Position numbers and translations under genes: made by a program. Source: Eubacteriales bacterium (GTDB lineage: Bacteria > Bacillota > Clostridia > Oscillospirales > CAG-272). Taken from it: DNA of 64,000 nt. Location: contig JAZRRX010000039.1 of NCBI GenBank assembly GCA_045651165.1, positions 251,866 to 315,865 on the forward strand, given 5' to 3'. Below, piece after piece: positions 9,833 through 19,244 of this stretch (position 1 is the first letter of the stretch; each line of letters starts with the position of its first letter). The notes beneath the pieces were generated by a model that had not been told where the DNA came from, did not search any database, and was given only the letters and a program-made list of their open reading frames with translations.

Positions 9833-10510
9833 TTAGTTATTCTTGTTTGCAAGACGATAGTTAAGTGTCATCAAAGAGTCACCAAGGTGAACGTTTTCAA
9901 CAACAATTCTATCTTCAATCGCATCAAATTCTTGACCTGTAAAATTCCAAATTCCGCCTATATCAGTTTCTGCAATTCTTTCTGCCATTGCAAGTGCGTG
10001 CTCTTTAGGAAGAGTAAGAACTGCAATATCAACCGTATGAGTTGCAGCATATCTTTCAAACTCGTCTATATGAAGAATCGGTATTTCGTTTACTTTTTTG
10101 CCAACAAGTGTTTCATCATTATCAAAGATGGCTACGATATCAACTCCGCGCTTTTCAAACATATCGTTGTTTGCCAAGGCGCGTCCGATATTACCACCAC
10201 CGATAATTACTGCTTGAAATCCTTCGCCAACACCAAGCAATTCACAAATTCTTGCATAGAGATAGTTAACGTTATATCCGTATCCCTGCTGACCAAATCC
10301 ACCGAAGCAGTTTAAATCTTGACGAATCTGTGAAGCAGTGATATTCATTCTTCTCGAAAGCTCCGCTGAGCTAATTCTTGTTTTCCCTTCTCTAATAAGC
10401 ATTCTCAAATATCTAAAATATCTGGGGAGGCGTTTTATTACCGCCGCAGAAACATTTTCTTTAGAAAAATTGATATGTTCTTCGTTATTCATAAAGTCCT
10501 TTTCCATCAT
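9833..10510 (-). CDS. rex: Redox-sensing transcriptional repressor Rex
   Basis: IKRLPRYFRYLRML, ISSAELSRRMNITASQIRQDLNCFGGFGQQGYGYNV and Rossmann motif GGGNIGRAL. Confidence 0.93.
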   Translation of the reverse strand: MMEKDFMNNEEHINFSKENVSAAVIKRLPRYFRYLRMLIREGKTRISSAELSRRMNITASQIRQDLNCFGGFGQQGYGYNVNYLYARICELLGVGEGFQAVIIGGGNIGRALANNDMFEKRGVDIVAIFDNDETLVGKKVNEIPILHIDEFERYAATHTVDIAVLTLPKEHALAMAERIAETDIGGIWNFTGQEFDAIEDRIVVENVHLGDSLMTLNYRLANKNN

Positions 10511-10549
10511 AAAATTACCTTTCTATATTTAACATCATTAACATTTTAG

Positions 10550-10637
10550 TTTTACACAGGTTGTCCACTGAAAAAAGCTTGATAAATCAAGTTTTCCACA
10601 GTTTCCACATAGTTTTCCACAGGATATATGTGGAAAA
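10550..10637. promoter_or_regulatory. Cluster of six DnaA-box-like 9-mers
   Basis: TTTTACACA 10550, TTGTCCACT 10561, TTTTCCACA 10592, GTTTCCACA 10601 and TTTTCCACA 10613 on +; TGTGGAAAA 10629 is the same box on -. Each has 1-2 mismatches to TTATCCACA. Confidence 0.65.
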
Positions 10638-10658
10638 CTTGTTACTTTTTGTCGAACC

Positions 10659-11672
10659 TCAATCAAGCGGTGAGTACGCACTGGCATTGAGATAGGTATC
10701 TGCAAAATTACCCTTTTTATATTCGTAATATCCTGCTAATGCAATCATTGCGCCATTGTCTCCACAAAGGGATTTATCGGGCATTACAAACTTTATACCT
10801 TTCTTTTCACACAGACGGGCAAGTGCCGAGCGAAGATGTGAATTCGCCGCTACTCCGCCTGAAATTGCAAACGTATCTGCGCCACTCTTTTCAAGTGCAT
10901 CTTCTACCTTCTTACAAATCGCTTTTACCACGCAATCGGTATAAGATGCGGCAACATCTGCATAGCTTATCTGAATTCCCTTTTGGGTATTGCTATTGAT
11001 ATAATTCAACGCCGAGGTTTTAAGTCCCGAAAATGAAAAATCAAGGTTATCACCAAAAAGTGCGGGAGATGGAAACTTTATTGCCTTTGGGTCGCCCTCA
11101 TAAGCTAATTTATCAAGTGCCGCACCACCGGGATAGGGCATTCCCATTACTCTTGCAATTTTATCAAACGCTTCACCTGCCGCGTCGTCTCTTGTTGTAC
11201 CAAGCTCGTCAAATTCTGCATAATCGCGAATATGATAAATTGAGGTGTGTCCACCTGAAACAACAAGTGCCAAAAATGGTGGTTTGAGTTCGGGAGCAGC
11301 AAAATAAGCCGCTGCAACGTGTCCTTTAATGTGGTCAACGGGCACAAGAGGTATATTGTTAGCAAATGCCAAGCTTTTTGCAAAATTTACGCCCACCAAA
11401 AGTGCACCGATAAGTCCCGGCGATGACGTAACCGCGATAGCATCAAGCTGTGAAAGTGTGATGCCTGCTGTGTCAAGTGCTTCGTGAGTTATACGAGACA
11501 CCGCCTCTATATGTGCTCTACTAGCAATCTCGGGCACAACTCCACCGTAAAGACGGTGAATATCTATTTGAGATGCCACAATATTTGAACGAATATATGG
11601 CTTTTCATCTATTATTTCAACCACGGAAGCTGATGTCTCATCACATGAGCTTTCCATTCCTAAAATATACAT
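10659..11672 (-). CDS. tsaD: tRNA N6-adenosine threonylcarbamoyltransferase
   Basis: ILGMESSCDETSASVV, HIKGHVAA and SGGVAAN motifs of Kae1/TsaD. Confidence 0.95.
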   Translation of the reverse strand: MYILGMESSCDETSASVVEIIDEKPYIRSNIVASQIDIHRLYGGVVPEIASRAHIEAVSRITHEALDTAGITLSQLDAIAVTSSPGLIGALLVGVNFAKSLAFANNIPLVPVDHIKGHVAAAYFAAPELKPPFLALVVSGGHTSIYHIRDYAEFDELGTTRDDAAGEAFDKIARVMGMPYPGGAALDKLAYEGDPKAIKFPSPALFGDNLDFSFSGLKTSALNYINSNTQKGIQISYADVAASYTDCVVKAICKKVEDALEKSGADTFAISGGVAANSHLRSALARLCEKKGIKFVMPDKSLCGDNGAMIALAGYYEYKKGNFADTYLNASAYSPLD

Positions 11673-11682
11673 AAAATACTTC

Positions 11683-12120
11683 CTAATCTAAATTTTTAAT
11701 CATTACAAGAGCATTCTCTCTAGGATTCTTATAAAAATCCTTGCGCTTGCCCTCTTGAGTAAATCCAAAAGAATTATAAAGTGCAATCGCGGGTGCATTA
11801 CTTTCTCTTACCTCGAGAGAAATAAGGGATATTTTCCTTTTTTTGCATTCGTCAAAAACTCCAGAAATAACTTCTTTGGCATATCCTCTGCCACGAAATT
11901 CGGGAGCGGTTGCCACATTGATTATTTGCGCTTCATCAAGCACTGTAACAAGTGTGCAATATGAAGTGAGCGTATCGTCTTCAAAGCAACAAACACAAAG
12001 GTTTTTTTCATCCAAAAAAAGTTCGAGTCCCTTTTCACTACACGGCTCTGAAAATACTATTTTTTCAACATCTGCAACAAGGTGCAAGTGCTCTTTATTA
12101 GCCAAAAGAATTTTTCTCAT
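11683..12120 (-). CDS. rimI: Ribosomal-protein-alanine N-acetyltransferase (GNAT)
   Basis: GNAT core QIINVATAPEFRGRGYAKEVI; rimI-tsaD gene order. ATG 12120 preferred over the track TTG at 12126. Confidence 0.8.
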   Translation of the reverse strand: MRKILLANKEHLHLVADVEKIVFSEPCSEKGLELFLDEKNLCVCCFEDDTLTSYCTLVTVLDEAQIINVATAPEFRGRGYAKEVISGVFDECKKRKISLISLEVRESNAPAIALYNSFGFTQEGKRKDFYKNPRENALVMIKNLD

Positions 12121-12122
12121 TA

Positions 12123-12611
12123 TCAATAACCAAAGTTACCCGACAAGGAGTCGTCATCGTCAATCCATTCGTTAACATCTATAACGCGGAAATTCTCTTT
12201 ATCGTCACGAACGACTACAAAAGCAATTCCTGCATTGATAACTTGTTTTTTACACATCATACAAGATGTTGTATGAGAAACAAGTGATGCACTTTCAGGA
12301 TCAACACATGCCATATACAAGGTAGCTCCAAGCATTTGGTCGCGAGGTGCTGCAATTATTGCATTTGCCTCTGCATGAACGGAACGGCAAAGCTCATATC
12401 TTTCACCACGAGGAATTTGAAGTTTCTCTCTCATGCAAAATTTAAGCTCATTACAATTCTTTCTGCCACGGGGTGCTCCGTTATATCCTGTTGAGATAAT
12501 AACGTCATTTTTAACTATAATCGCGCCGTACTTTTTGCGCATACATGTACTTCTTTCAGCTACAGTTTGCGCTATATCAAGATAATAATTTTCTTTTGAA
12601 ATTCTATCCAT
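12123..12611 (-). CDS. dCMP (deoxycytidylate) deaminase, ComEB-like
   Basis: Zinc motifs HAEANAI and CMMCKKQVINAG. Start at ATG 12611 (MDRISKENYY). Confidence 0.85.
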   Translation of the reverse strand: MDRISKENYYLDIAQTVAERSTCMRKKYGAIIVKNDVIISTGYNGAPRGRKNCNELKFCMREKLQIPRGERYELCRSVHAEANAIIAAPRDQMLGATLYMACVDPESASLVSHTTSCMMCKKQVINAGIAFVVVRDDKENFRVIDVNEWIDDDDSLSGNFGY

Positions 12612-12705
12612 TGTGTTACCTCTTTTCAAGTAAACATATCTATACATAGTATATTATAAAATAAAACGAGCATAAAATCAAGAGGGTTTTACAAATTTCG
12701 ATATT

Positions 12706-12739
12706 AAAAAAACAAAAAGAGAGGAAAACCTCTCTTTTT
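12706..12739 (-). terminator. Intrinsic terminator after the ABC ATPase gene
   Basis: Stem AAAGAGAGG/CCTCTCTTT (12716-12737) with a U-run on the minus-strand transcript. Confidence 0.7.
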
Positions 12740-12769
12740 GTAAAACATTAATTCTAATTTTATGGACAA

Positions 12770-13546
12770 TTATAATATCTTGCTTAAAAATTCCTTAAGT
12801 CGTGGATGTGTGGGATTTGAGAAAATCTCGTCGGGTGTGCCGTCCGCGGCGATATTTCCTTCATTCATAAAGATAACTCTACTTGCCACTTCCTTGGCAA
12901 ATCCCATTTCGTGAGTTACTATTACCATTGTGAGTTTTTCTTTCGCAAGGTCGCGCATAAGGTCAAGCACTTCCCCTACCATTTCGGGATCGAGCGCCGA
13001 TGTGGGTTCATCAAACAATATAACCTTAGGTTCCATAGCCAATGCACGAACGATAGCAATTCTCTGCTTTTGTCCGCCCGATAGCGTAGAAGGATAGGAA
13101 TTTGCTTTATCCTCAAGTCCTATGCGTTTAAGCAATGCCATTGCTTTTTCATTAAAATGAGCCACAATTTCTTTTTTACTCATTCCGTCTTTTTTCATTT
13201 TCTTGCCGTGAATATGAATTGGGGCAAGTGTTATATTTTCAAGAACGGTTTTGTTATTAAAAAGATTAAAATGCTGAAAAACCATTCCCATATTTTGACG
13301 GTGAATATTAATATCAACACTAAAATCTGCGATATTTACACCCTCAAACATTATTTCACCCTCATCAGCATCTTCAAGACAGTTGATGCAACGAATAAAG
13401 GTGGATTTTCCAGAGCCAGATGGTCCTATAATTGCAACTTGTTCGCCTTCGTGAATTGTAGTTGTAATGCCACAGAGCACGTCTTTACCATCATATTTTT
13501 TATGTAAATTGTTAATTTCTATCACTTTTTGCAAATCTCCTTTCAA
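12770..13546 (-). CDS. Polar amino-acid ABC transporter, ATP-binding protein
   Basis: Walker [10 protein letters not shown], signature LSGGQKQR, Walker [12 protein letters not shown]; GlnQ/ArtP-like. Confidence 0.93.
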   Translation of the reverse strand: MKGDLQKVIEINNLHKKYDGKDVLCGITTTIHEGEQVAIIGPSGSGKSTFIRCINCLEDADEGEIMFEGVNIADFSVDINIHRQNMGMVFQHFNLFNNKTVLENITLAPIHIHGKKMKKDGMSKKEIVAHFNEKAMALLKRIGLEDKANSYPSTLSGGQKQRIAIVRALAMEPKVILFDEPTSALDPEMVGEVLDLMRDLAKEKLTMVIVTHEMGFAKEVASRVIFMNEGNIAADGTPDEIFSNPTHPRLKEFLSKIL

Positions 13547-14222
13547 GAAGCTTTATGCCCAAACTGATAATTAGTACGAGCACGATATATATAAGTCCCA
13601 TCATAATATACGGTACCATACTATCATACTTGACCATACCAACGTCAACGAGCGCTTTGTAGAGGTCATATACTGCAATAAAGCTAAGAACCGACGTTTC
13701 TTTTATAAGACTGATAAACTCATTACCGAGTGTAGGAAGAATATTTTTGATTGCCTGAGGAACAACGATTTTTAACATCGTTGAGGAATACGTCATACCA
13801 AGTGCACGTCCTGCCTCCATTTGACCTTTATCAACGGAGTTAATTCCTCCACGCATTATTTCGGAAACATATGCGCCACTATTCATACCGAAAACAAGCA
13901 TTCCGACAGCAAGTGCTTCCATTTTAATACCAAGTGTTGGCATTATAACATAATATGCGATAAGCAACTGTGCAACAATAGGTGTACCACGGAAAATAGT
14001 TACATAAACTGAACACAGCTTATCAAGAATTTTGTATATTAGTTTGTACTTGGGTGCAACTCTAACAATAGCTATTGCTGTACCGATTATTATACCTATA
14101 ATAAGACCTACAACGGCAACATTAATTGTATTAGCTAATCCCTTAAGGAATACCTCAAAATAGTATTCTTTAGAAATAGTTGCAAAAAAGTTACTAAATT
14201 TAGCAGACCAGTTTAAATTCAT
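13512..14222 (-). CDS. Polar amino-acid ABC transporter permease
   Basis: His/Glu/Gln/Arg-opine family permease pattern, including an EAA loop ([23 protein letters not shown]). Confidence 0.9.
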   Translation of the reverse strand: MNLNWSAKFSNFFATISKEYYFEVFLKGLANTINVAVVGLIIGIIIGTAIAIVRVAPKYKLIYKILDKLCSVYVTIFRGTPIVAQLLIAYYVIMPTLGIKMEALAVGMLVFGMNSGAYVSEIMRGGINSVDKGQMEAGRALGMTYSSTMLKIVVPQAIKNILPTLGNEFISLIKETSVLSFIAVYDLYKALVDVGMVKYDSMVPYIMMGLIYIVLVLIISLGIKLLERRFAKSDRN

Positions 14223-14230
14223 CGCGTCTA

Positions 14231-15109
14231 TTAGTTATTTGCATTTACAGCGGAAACGATAGCTGCTGCAGGTGCTTCATCAAGAACTACTGCATAGATG
14301 TTTCCATTGATAAGGTCGGTAACTGCAACCTGAGCATTTGCATATGCTTTTCCCTGGATGTTAGAAAATCCTGCATACCCCCAGTCCTCATCGCCATTGA
14401 TGTAAAGTCCACCAGTTGTTGCATTCTGATAACCGATTGACTTGCCCACAAGTGATGCAAGAATCGCTTCAACCTCTTCAACTGTCTTGCAGTTGTCAAA
14501 GTCTGTGTTGTTTGCTGCTACGATAAGATTCTGAGATGCTTCATAATAAGGTGTTGTGAAGTCATAAACCTCTGCACGCTCAGCACTTGCTGTAATGCCT
14601 GCCATACCGATATCTGCATATCCTGCCTCTACCTGAACGAAGATTTCATCAAAACCGATGTTCTTAATTACAAGTTCAAGACCCATCTTTTGTGCGTATG
14701 CAGCTGCGATTTCTATATCAAGACCATATATTTTGCCGTCTTCACCCATATATTCAAAGGGCTCAAAGGGACAGTTTGTAACAACTACAAACTTGCCTTC
14801 TGTATTTGTAACGTCACTTGTTGTAACAGGATAACCAACCTTTTCACCAACACCTTTGAAGTATTTATCAACAAGTGTATCAAATGTGCCGTTAGCTTTG
14901 ATTTCTTCCATAAATGCATTCATGCTTTCAACAAGATCTGTATTTCCCTTTTTGCAAACGAATGCATATTGTTCGTCTGTGAGCTTTACATCAATAATTT
15001 TAATTACATCTGATGTGCTATTTTCAGAAGGTGTTACACAAGATGCCAAAGAAAGAACGAGTGCCAACACCATAGTAAGAGTGAGAATTTTTGTAATGGT
15101 TGTTTTCAT
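14231..15109 (-). CDS. Amino-acid ABC transporter substrate-binding lipoprotein (SBP family 3)
   Basis: Lipobox LSLASC and family-3 SBP fold motifs (GYADIGMAGIT). Confidence 0.88.
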   Translation of the reverse strand: MKTTITKILTLTMVLALVLSLASCVTPSENSTSDVIKIIDVKLTDEQYAFVCKKGNTDLVESMNAFMEEIKANGTFDTLVDKYFKGVGEKVGYPVTTSDVTNTEGKFVVVTNCPFEPFEYMGEDGKIYGLDIEIAAAYAQKMGLELVIKNIGFDEIFVQVEAGYADIGMAGITASAERAEVYDFTTPYYEASQNLIVAANNTDFDNCKTVEEVEAILASLVGKSIGYQNATTGGLYINGDEDWGYAGFSNIQGKAYANAQVAVTDLINGNIYAVVLDEAPAAAIVSAVNANN

Positions 15110-15146
15110 AATGATATATCTCCTTGGAATTTATTCAACGTTACGA

Positions 15147-15175
15147 ATTATAGCACATAAATATTCGTTTGTCAA
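15147..15175 (-). promoter_or_regulatory. Sigma-A promoter of the ABC importer operon
   Basis: Minus strand reads TTGACA (15170-15175), 17-nt spacer, TGC-TATAAT (15147-15152). Confidence 0.6.
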
Positions 15176-15294
15176 GTGCTTTTTTGAATATTTTTTCAAT
15201 ATTTTTTAATTTTTTCAAAAGATTTTTGTATTTTTATTCATTTTTGTGAATATTTCCTTTATCAGGTATACGTCAGTATCCTGTGTGAGTTTTT

Positions 15295-15345
15295 TTGACA
15301 AATTATTGATAAATTATTGACACACTTTGATTTATATGGTACAAT
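15295..15345 (+). promoter_or_regulatory. Promoter of the ene-reductase operon, with three phased TTGAYA hexamers
   Basis: TTGACA 15295, TTGATA 15306 and TTGACA 15317 have an 11-bp period. The last is 17 nt from TGG-TACAAT (15340-15345). Confidence 0.55.
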
Positions 15346-15381
15346 AAAATGATAATGTTTATATGAAAGGAAACTTTTATT

Positions 15382-17448
15382 ATGGAAAATCTCAATCCTA
15401 AATACGAAGCGCTGTTTACTCCTTGGAAAATAGGTAATGTTGAGATCAAAAACCGTATAGTAATGTGCCCCATGGGTGGTACTTCCCTTTTCGGTTGGTT
15501 TGAACTTGGCGGTTGCCATTTTGACAAAGAAGCAGCAAAGCTCTTCTTAGAGCGCGCCAACAATAATGTTGGTCTTATCATTCCTGGTATCGCACCTCTT
15601 CGCGACACCTTCTGGGGCAAATGGCTCTGGCAAAATCCCAAAATGTTCGAGGAGCTTAAGGAATTTATGGATGAGATCCATAAGACCGGTGCAAAGCTTT
15701 TCGTTCAGCTCACTGCAGGCATGGGACGTTCATGGGCTATTACTGAACTTGTAGCTCCTCTTCATAAAAACAAGCTTACAAGAGCTATTGTTAAACCCAT
15801 CATAGATACAAGCCACGAACTTGCATCTCCCTCTCCTCAGCCATCTCGTTGGGCACATGACATCATTTGTCCCGAAATGACAGTTGAACAGATCCACGAA
15901 ATAATTGAAGCATTTGCAAAAACTGCAAAGCTCTGCATGGATGCAGGTGTTGACGGTGTTGAAGTTCACGCTGTTCACGAGGGTTACCTTCTTGACCAGT
16001 TTGCTATTGAATACTTCAATAAGCGTACTGACGAATACGGTGGAAGCTTTGAAAACCGTTATCGTTTTGCCGCTGAGGTAGTTAGAGCAATTAAGGAAGA
16101 ATGTGGTGCTGATTTCCCCGTTTCTCTTCGTTACTCTGTTGAGTCTAAGATGAAGGACTTCTGCTACGGTGCTATGCCCGGTGAAGAATACGTTGAAATC
16201 GGTAGAAATATGGAAGAAAGCGAAAGAGCTGCTAAGTATCTTCAGGATGCTGGCTACGATATGCTCAATGCCGACAACGGTACATATGACTCTTGGTACT
16301 GGGCTCATCCCCCGATGTATATGCCCGAAAACTGCAACCTTGAAGACGTTGCTCACATAAAGAAATTCGTTGATATTCCTGTAGTTTGTGCAGGTAGAAT
16401 GGATCCCGAAGTAGGTGCTGCGGCAGTTGCTGAAGGTAGAATAGATGGTGTTGGCGTTGCTCGTCAGTTCCTTGTTGACCCCGAATGGATCACAAAGCTT
16501 ATTGACGACCGTCTTGAAGAAATCAAGCCCTGTATCTGCTGTCACAGTGGATGCTTCAACTTCTCTTCTTCTAAAGGTCACGCAAATACTCAAGACCTTA
16601 CAGACACAATGGGTCTTGCTCGTTGCGCACTTAACCCCGAAACAATGCAATCCAAGAAATATAATCTTAAGCCCGCTAAAAAGTCAAAGAAGGTAGCAGT
16701 TATCGGCGGTGGTATCGGCGGTATGGAAGCTGCTATCGTACTTGCAAAGCGTGGACATAAGGTTACTCTTTACGAAAAGACAGATAAGCTCGGTGGTGTA
16801 TTTATTGCCGCTGCTGCTCCCTCATTCAAGGAAAAGGACCGTGATCTTATCGCTTGGTATAACAGAGAGGTAAGAAGCTATCCCAACATTGAAATCAAGC
16901 TCAACACCGAAGTTAAGGACGTTAAGAGTCTCAAGGCAGACAAGGTTATCGTTGCAACAGGTGCTAAGGCAAGAAAGCTCAATATCAATGGTGCTCACAA
17001 GGCAATCGATGCAGTTGATTATCTTCTTGGCAACAAACAGGTTGGCGAAAAGGTAGTTATCGTTGGTGGTGGTCTTACAGGTTGTGAAATCGCTTACGAC
17101 CTCTACCTTAAGGGCAAACAGCCCATCATCGTTGAAATGATGGATGACCTTATCGTAACAAAGGGTGTTTGTCTTGCTAACACAAGCTATCTTCGTGACT
17201 TCTTCAAAACAAATCAAGTTCCCGTTCACCTTGAAACAGCAATCAAGCAGATCGTTCCCAGAGGTGTTATCGTTAAACACAAAAACGGTGAATATGAAAC
17301 TATCCCTTGTGATAGCGTAATCTTCTCTGTTGGATATAATCCCGCTCCCGTTGCAACAAAGAAAGTTCATGTTATCGGTGACGCTAAGTCAGTTGGTAAC
17401 CTTAGAACAGTTATTTGGGGCGCTTGGGACGTAGCAATGAAAATTTAA
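15382..17448 (+). CDS. FMN/Fe-S/FAD ene-reductase (2-enoate reductase / FadH / BaiCD-BaiH family)
   Basis: N-terminal OYE barrel ([20 protein letters not shown]), a CICCHSGC...C 4Fe-4S motif, and two Rossmann GxGxxG motifs ([26 protein letters not shown]). Confidence 0.85.
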   Translation: MENLNPKYEALFTPWKIGNVEIKNRIVMCPMGGTSLFGWFELGGCHFDKEAAKLFLERANNNVGLIIPGIAPLRDTFWGKWLWQNPKMFEELKEFMDEIHKTGAKLFVQLTAGMGRSWAITELVAPLHKNKLTRAIVKPIIDTSHELASPSPQPSRWAHDIICPEMTVEQIHEIIEAFAKTAKLCMDAGVDGVEVHAVHEGYLLDQFAIEYFNKRTDEYGGSFENRYRFAAEVVRAIKEECGADFPVSLRYSVESKMKDFCYGAMPGEEYVEIGRNMEESERAAKYLQDAGYDMLNADNGTYDSWYWAHPPMYMPENCNLEDVAHIKKFVDIPVVCAGRMDPEVGAAAVAEGRIDGVGVARQFLVDPEWITKLIDDRLEEIKPCICCHSGCFNFSSSKGHANTQDLTDTMGLARCALNPETMQSKKYNLKPAKKSKKVAVIGGGIGGMEAAIVLAKRGHKVTLYEKTDKLGGVFIAAAAPSFKEKDRDLIAWYNREVRSYPNIEIKLNTEVKDVKSLKADKVIVATGAKARKLNINGAHKAIDAVDYLLGNKQVGEKVVIVGGGLTGCEIAYDLYLKGKQPIIVEMMDDLIVTKGVCLANTSYLRDFFKTNQVPVHLETAIKQIVPRGVIVKHKNGEYETIPCDSVIFSVGYNPAPVATKKVHVIGDAKSVGNLRTVIWGAWDVAMKI

Positions 17449-17477
17449 TCTCGATTTATCGAAAGGAAATTTCAAAA

Positions 17478-18752
17478 ATGGTATTAACAAAAGAACAGCA
17501 AGCCATACTTAACGGCGAAAAGGGTGAAACTCTTGCCAAAGTTATGGAAACAGTAGTTCGTTACGGTGAACTTTTCGGCGCAGAAAAGCTTGTTCCCGTA
17601 ACAAGCAAATATAATCACCTTGTAACAAGCTTCGGTCTTAAGATGATGACTCCCGTTTTCGATCTTATGCAGCAGCTTATCGATGCAGGTGTTGTATCCG
17701 AGCAGCAGTTCTCTGCTGACCCTCGTCCACTTGATCCCAACGTTCCTCAAAACCTCTTGCAGAAGATTGTTTTCAACGTTGCTATGTACTCAAAGCAGGA
17801 TTTCTATGAAGGTCAGCTCAAAACACTCGGTCTTATGGATCAAAACGCATTCACATGTGCGTGCTATCTTGACCAGGTAGGAAATAAACCCCAGAAGGGT
17901 GAAGTTCTCTCTTGGGCAGAATCAAGTGCGGTTGTTTATGCTAACTCCGTTCTTGGTGCAAGATGTAACAGAAACTCTGGTATCATTGATATCATGGGTT
18001 CAATCGTTGGCTATGTTCCCTATTTCGGTCTTTTGACTGATGAAGGAAGAAAAGCAACTTGGGTTATCGAAATCAAAACAACAAAGAAACCCGAAGCACA
18101 GCTTCTCGGGTCTGCAATCGGTATGAAGGTTATGGAAGATGTTCCTTACATCAAGGGACTTGACAAGTGGCTTGGTGATGAGCTTGACGATGCGGCTTGC
18201 TCATTCCTTAAGGACTTCGGCGCGGCTACAGCTTCTAACGGTGCGGTTGGTCTTTATCACGTTGATAATCTCACTCCCGAAGCAAAAGAACTTGGCGAAT
18301 CTCTCATCGCAGAGGGCGCAAAAACATATGTTATCGACGATGCAGAACTTCAGAGAGTTTATGACTCCTATCCTGTAATTTGGAAGAAGAAGGACGCAAA
18401 ACCCAAGCTCTGCTTTATGGGTTGTCCTCACATGAGCTTGGAGCAGCTTAAATCTTGGACAGTTCGCCTTGAAGATTCTCTTGAAGCGGCTGGTAATAAA
18501 AAGGTTGTAATTCCTACAGTATTCACATCTGCTCCCGCAGTTATCGAGGAATTCAATAAGACAGAATATGCGGCTCGTCTTAAGGCAACAGGCGTAATTC
18601 TTTCTTACATTTGTCCTCTTATGTATATGAATAATCCTCTCTCCAAGTCCATGCCCGTTATCACATCATCCAACAAGCTTCGTACATATACAACAGCTCG
18701 TTATTACACGGATGAAGAAATTCTTGAACAAATCACAAAGGGGGTAAAGTAA
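17478..18752 (+). CDS. Aconitase-X (DUF521) catalytic large subunit
   Basis: N-terminus MVLTKEQQAILNGEKGETLAKVMETVV is typical of DUF521. The 424-aa length also fits that family. ATG 17478 has an AAAGGAAA RBS. The track start at 17415 overlaps the reductase gene. Confidence 0.7.
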   Translation: MVLTKEQQAILNGEKGETLAKVMETVVRYGELFGAEKLVPVTSKYNHLVTSFGLKMMTPVFDLMQQLIDAGVVSEQQFSADPRPLDPNVPQNLLQKIVFNVAMYSKQDFYEGQLKTLGLMDQNAFTCACYLDQVGNKPQKGEVLSWAESSAVVYANSVLGARCNRNSGIIDIMGSIVGYVPYFGLLTDEGRKATWVIEIKTTKKPEAQLLGSAIGMKVMEDVPYIKGLDKWLGDELDDAACSFLKDFGAATASNGAVGLYHVDNLTPEAKELGESLIAEGAKTYVIDDAELQRVYDSYPVIWKKKDAKPKLCFMGCPHMSLEQLKSWTVRLEDSLEAAGNKKVVIPTVFTSAPAVIEEFNKTEYAARLKATGVILSYICPLMYMNNPLSKSMPVITSSNKLRTYTTARYYTDEEILEQITKGVK

Positions 18753-18753
18753 G

Positions 18754-19203
18754 ATGAAGGTTTTCAAAGGTAGAATTGTTGCTCCCGGCAACGTAACTGC
18801 AGAAGCAGTTGTTTCTCACGCAGGTCTTAACACTCTTGCTTCATTCCAGGGCGCTCTCCAGTTTGGTGACAAAAAGGCAACTTGTGGCGACCAGAACAAC
18901 CCCGACCTCTATAATAAGCAGATGGCTGGCAAGGCACTTTGCCTTCCCCAGACAATCGGTTCAACTACTGGTGGTCTTGTTCTCTATTGTGCATGCGCAA
19001 TGGGACGTCAGCCCGCAGCAATGCTCTTCTCACAGCCCATTGACTCACTTGCAGGCGCAGGCGTAGTTATCGCTGACGTTTGGCTCAATGACGAAAAGGC
19101 AAAAATGGCAGTTGTTGACTCTCTCGGTGAAGAGTTTCTTAACTATGTAAAGGACGGTATGTCCATCACAGTTAAGGAAGACGGAACTGTTGAGGTTGCT
19201 TAA
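18754..19203 (+). CDS. Aconitase-X swivel-domain small subunit (DUF126)
   Basis: 149 aa, 1 nt after the large subunit. GRIVAPGNVTAEAVV...LCLPQTIGSTTGG fits the DUF126 pattern. Confidence 0.7.
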   Translation: MKVFKGRIVAPGNVTAEAVVSHAGLNTLASFQGALQFGDKKATCGDQNNPDLYNKQMAGKALCLPQTIGSTTGGLVLYCACAMGRQPAAMLFSQPIDSLAGAGVVIADVWLNDEKAKMAVVDSLGEEFLNYVKDGMSITVKEDGTVEVA

Positions 19204-19213
19204 CTAGTAAATT

Positions 19214-19244
19214 AAAAGTCCGACAGAGTTTCTGTCGGACTTTT
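19214..19244. terminator. Bidirectional intrinsic terminator
   Basis: 14-bp stem AAAAGTCCGACAGA/TCTGTCGGACTTTT. It abuts the spoVT stop codon. Confidence 0.8.

Noticed and set aside
10511-10658. Whether the DnaA-box cluster is the chromosomal origin (oriC).
   Set aside because: There is no dnaA, dnaN, rpmH or gyrB nearby. I saw no obvious AT-rich unwinding element next to the boxes. Flanking genes do not diverge from this point. It is better explained as an extra-origin DnaA-box cluster or promoter-proximal regulatory site.
15243-15263. A Rex operator (TTGTGAA...) in the ABC/ene-reductase divergent promoter region.
   Set aside because: Only one half-site, TTGTGAA, is present. The expected TTCACAA partner at the proper spacing is missing.
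15730-16650. 306-aa minus-strand ORF inside the ene-reductase gene. The same situation applies to 21787-22560 (GH78), 54796-55647 (rhaD/rhaA), 47432-48142, 40072-40770, 51639-52289, 62358-63005 and 31661-32089.
   Set aside because: Each is nested antisense within a gene carrying strong family motifs. None has an RBS or a recognisable motif. Long antisense ORFs of this kind are common opposite well-defined coding regions.
17415-17477. The 21-codon N-terminal extension of the AcnX large subunit given by the ORF track.
   Set aside because: The extension overlaps the 3' end of the reductase gene and has no RBS. ATG 17478 follows AAAGGAAA and gives the family-typical MVLTKEQQAIL N-terminus.
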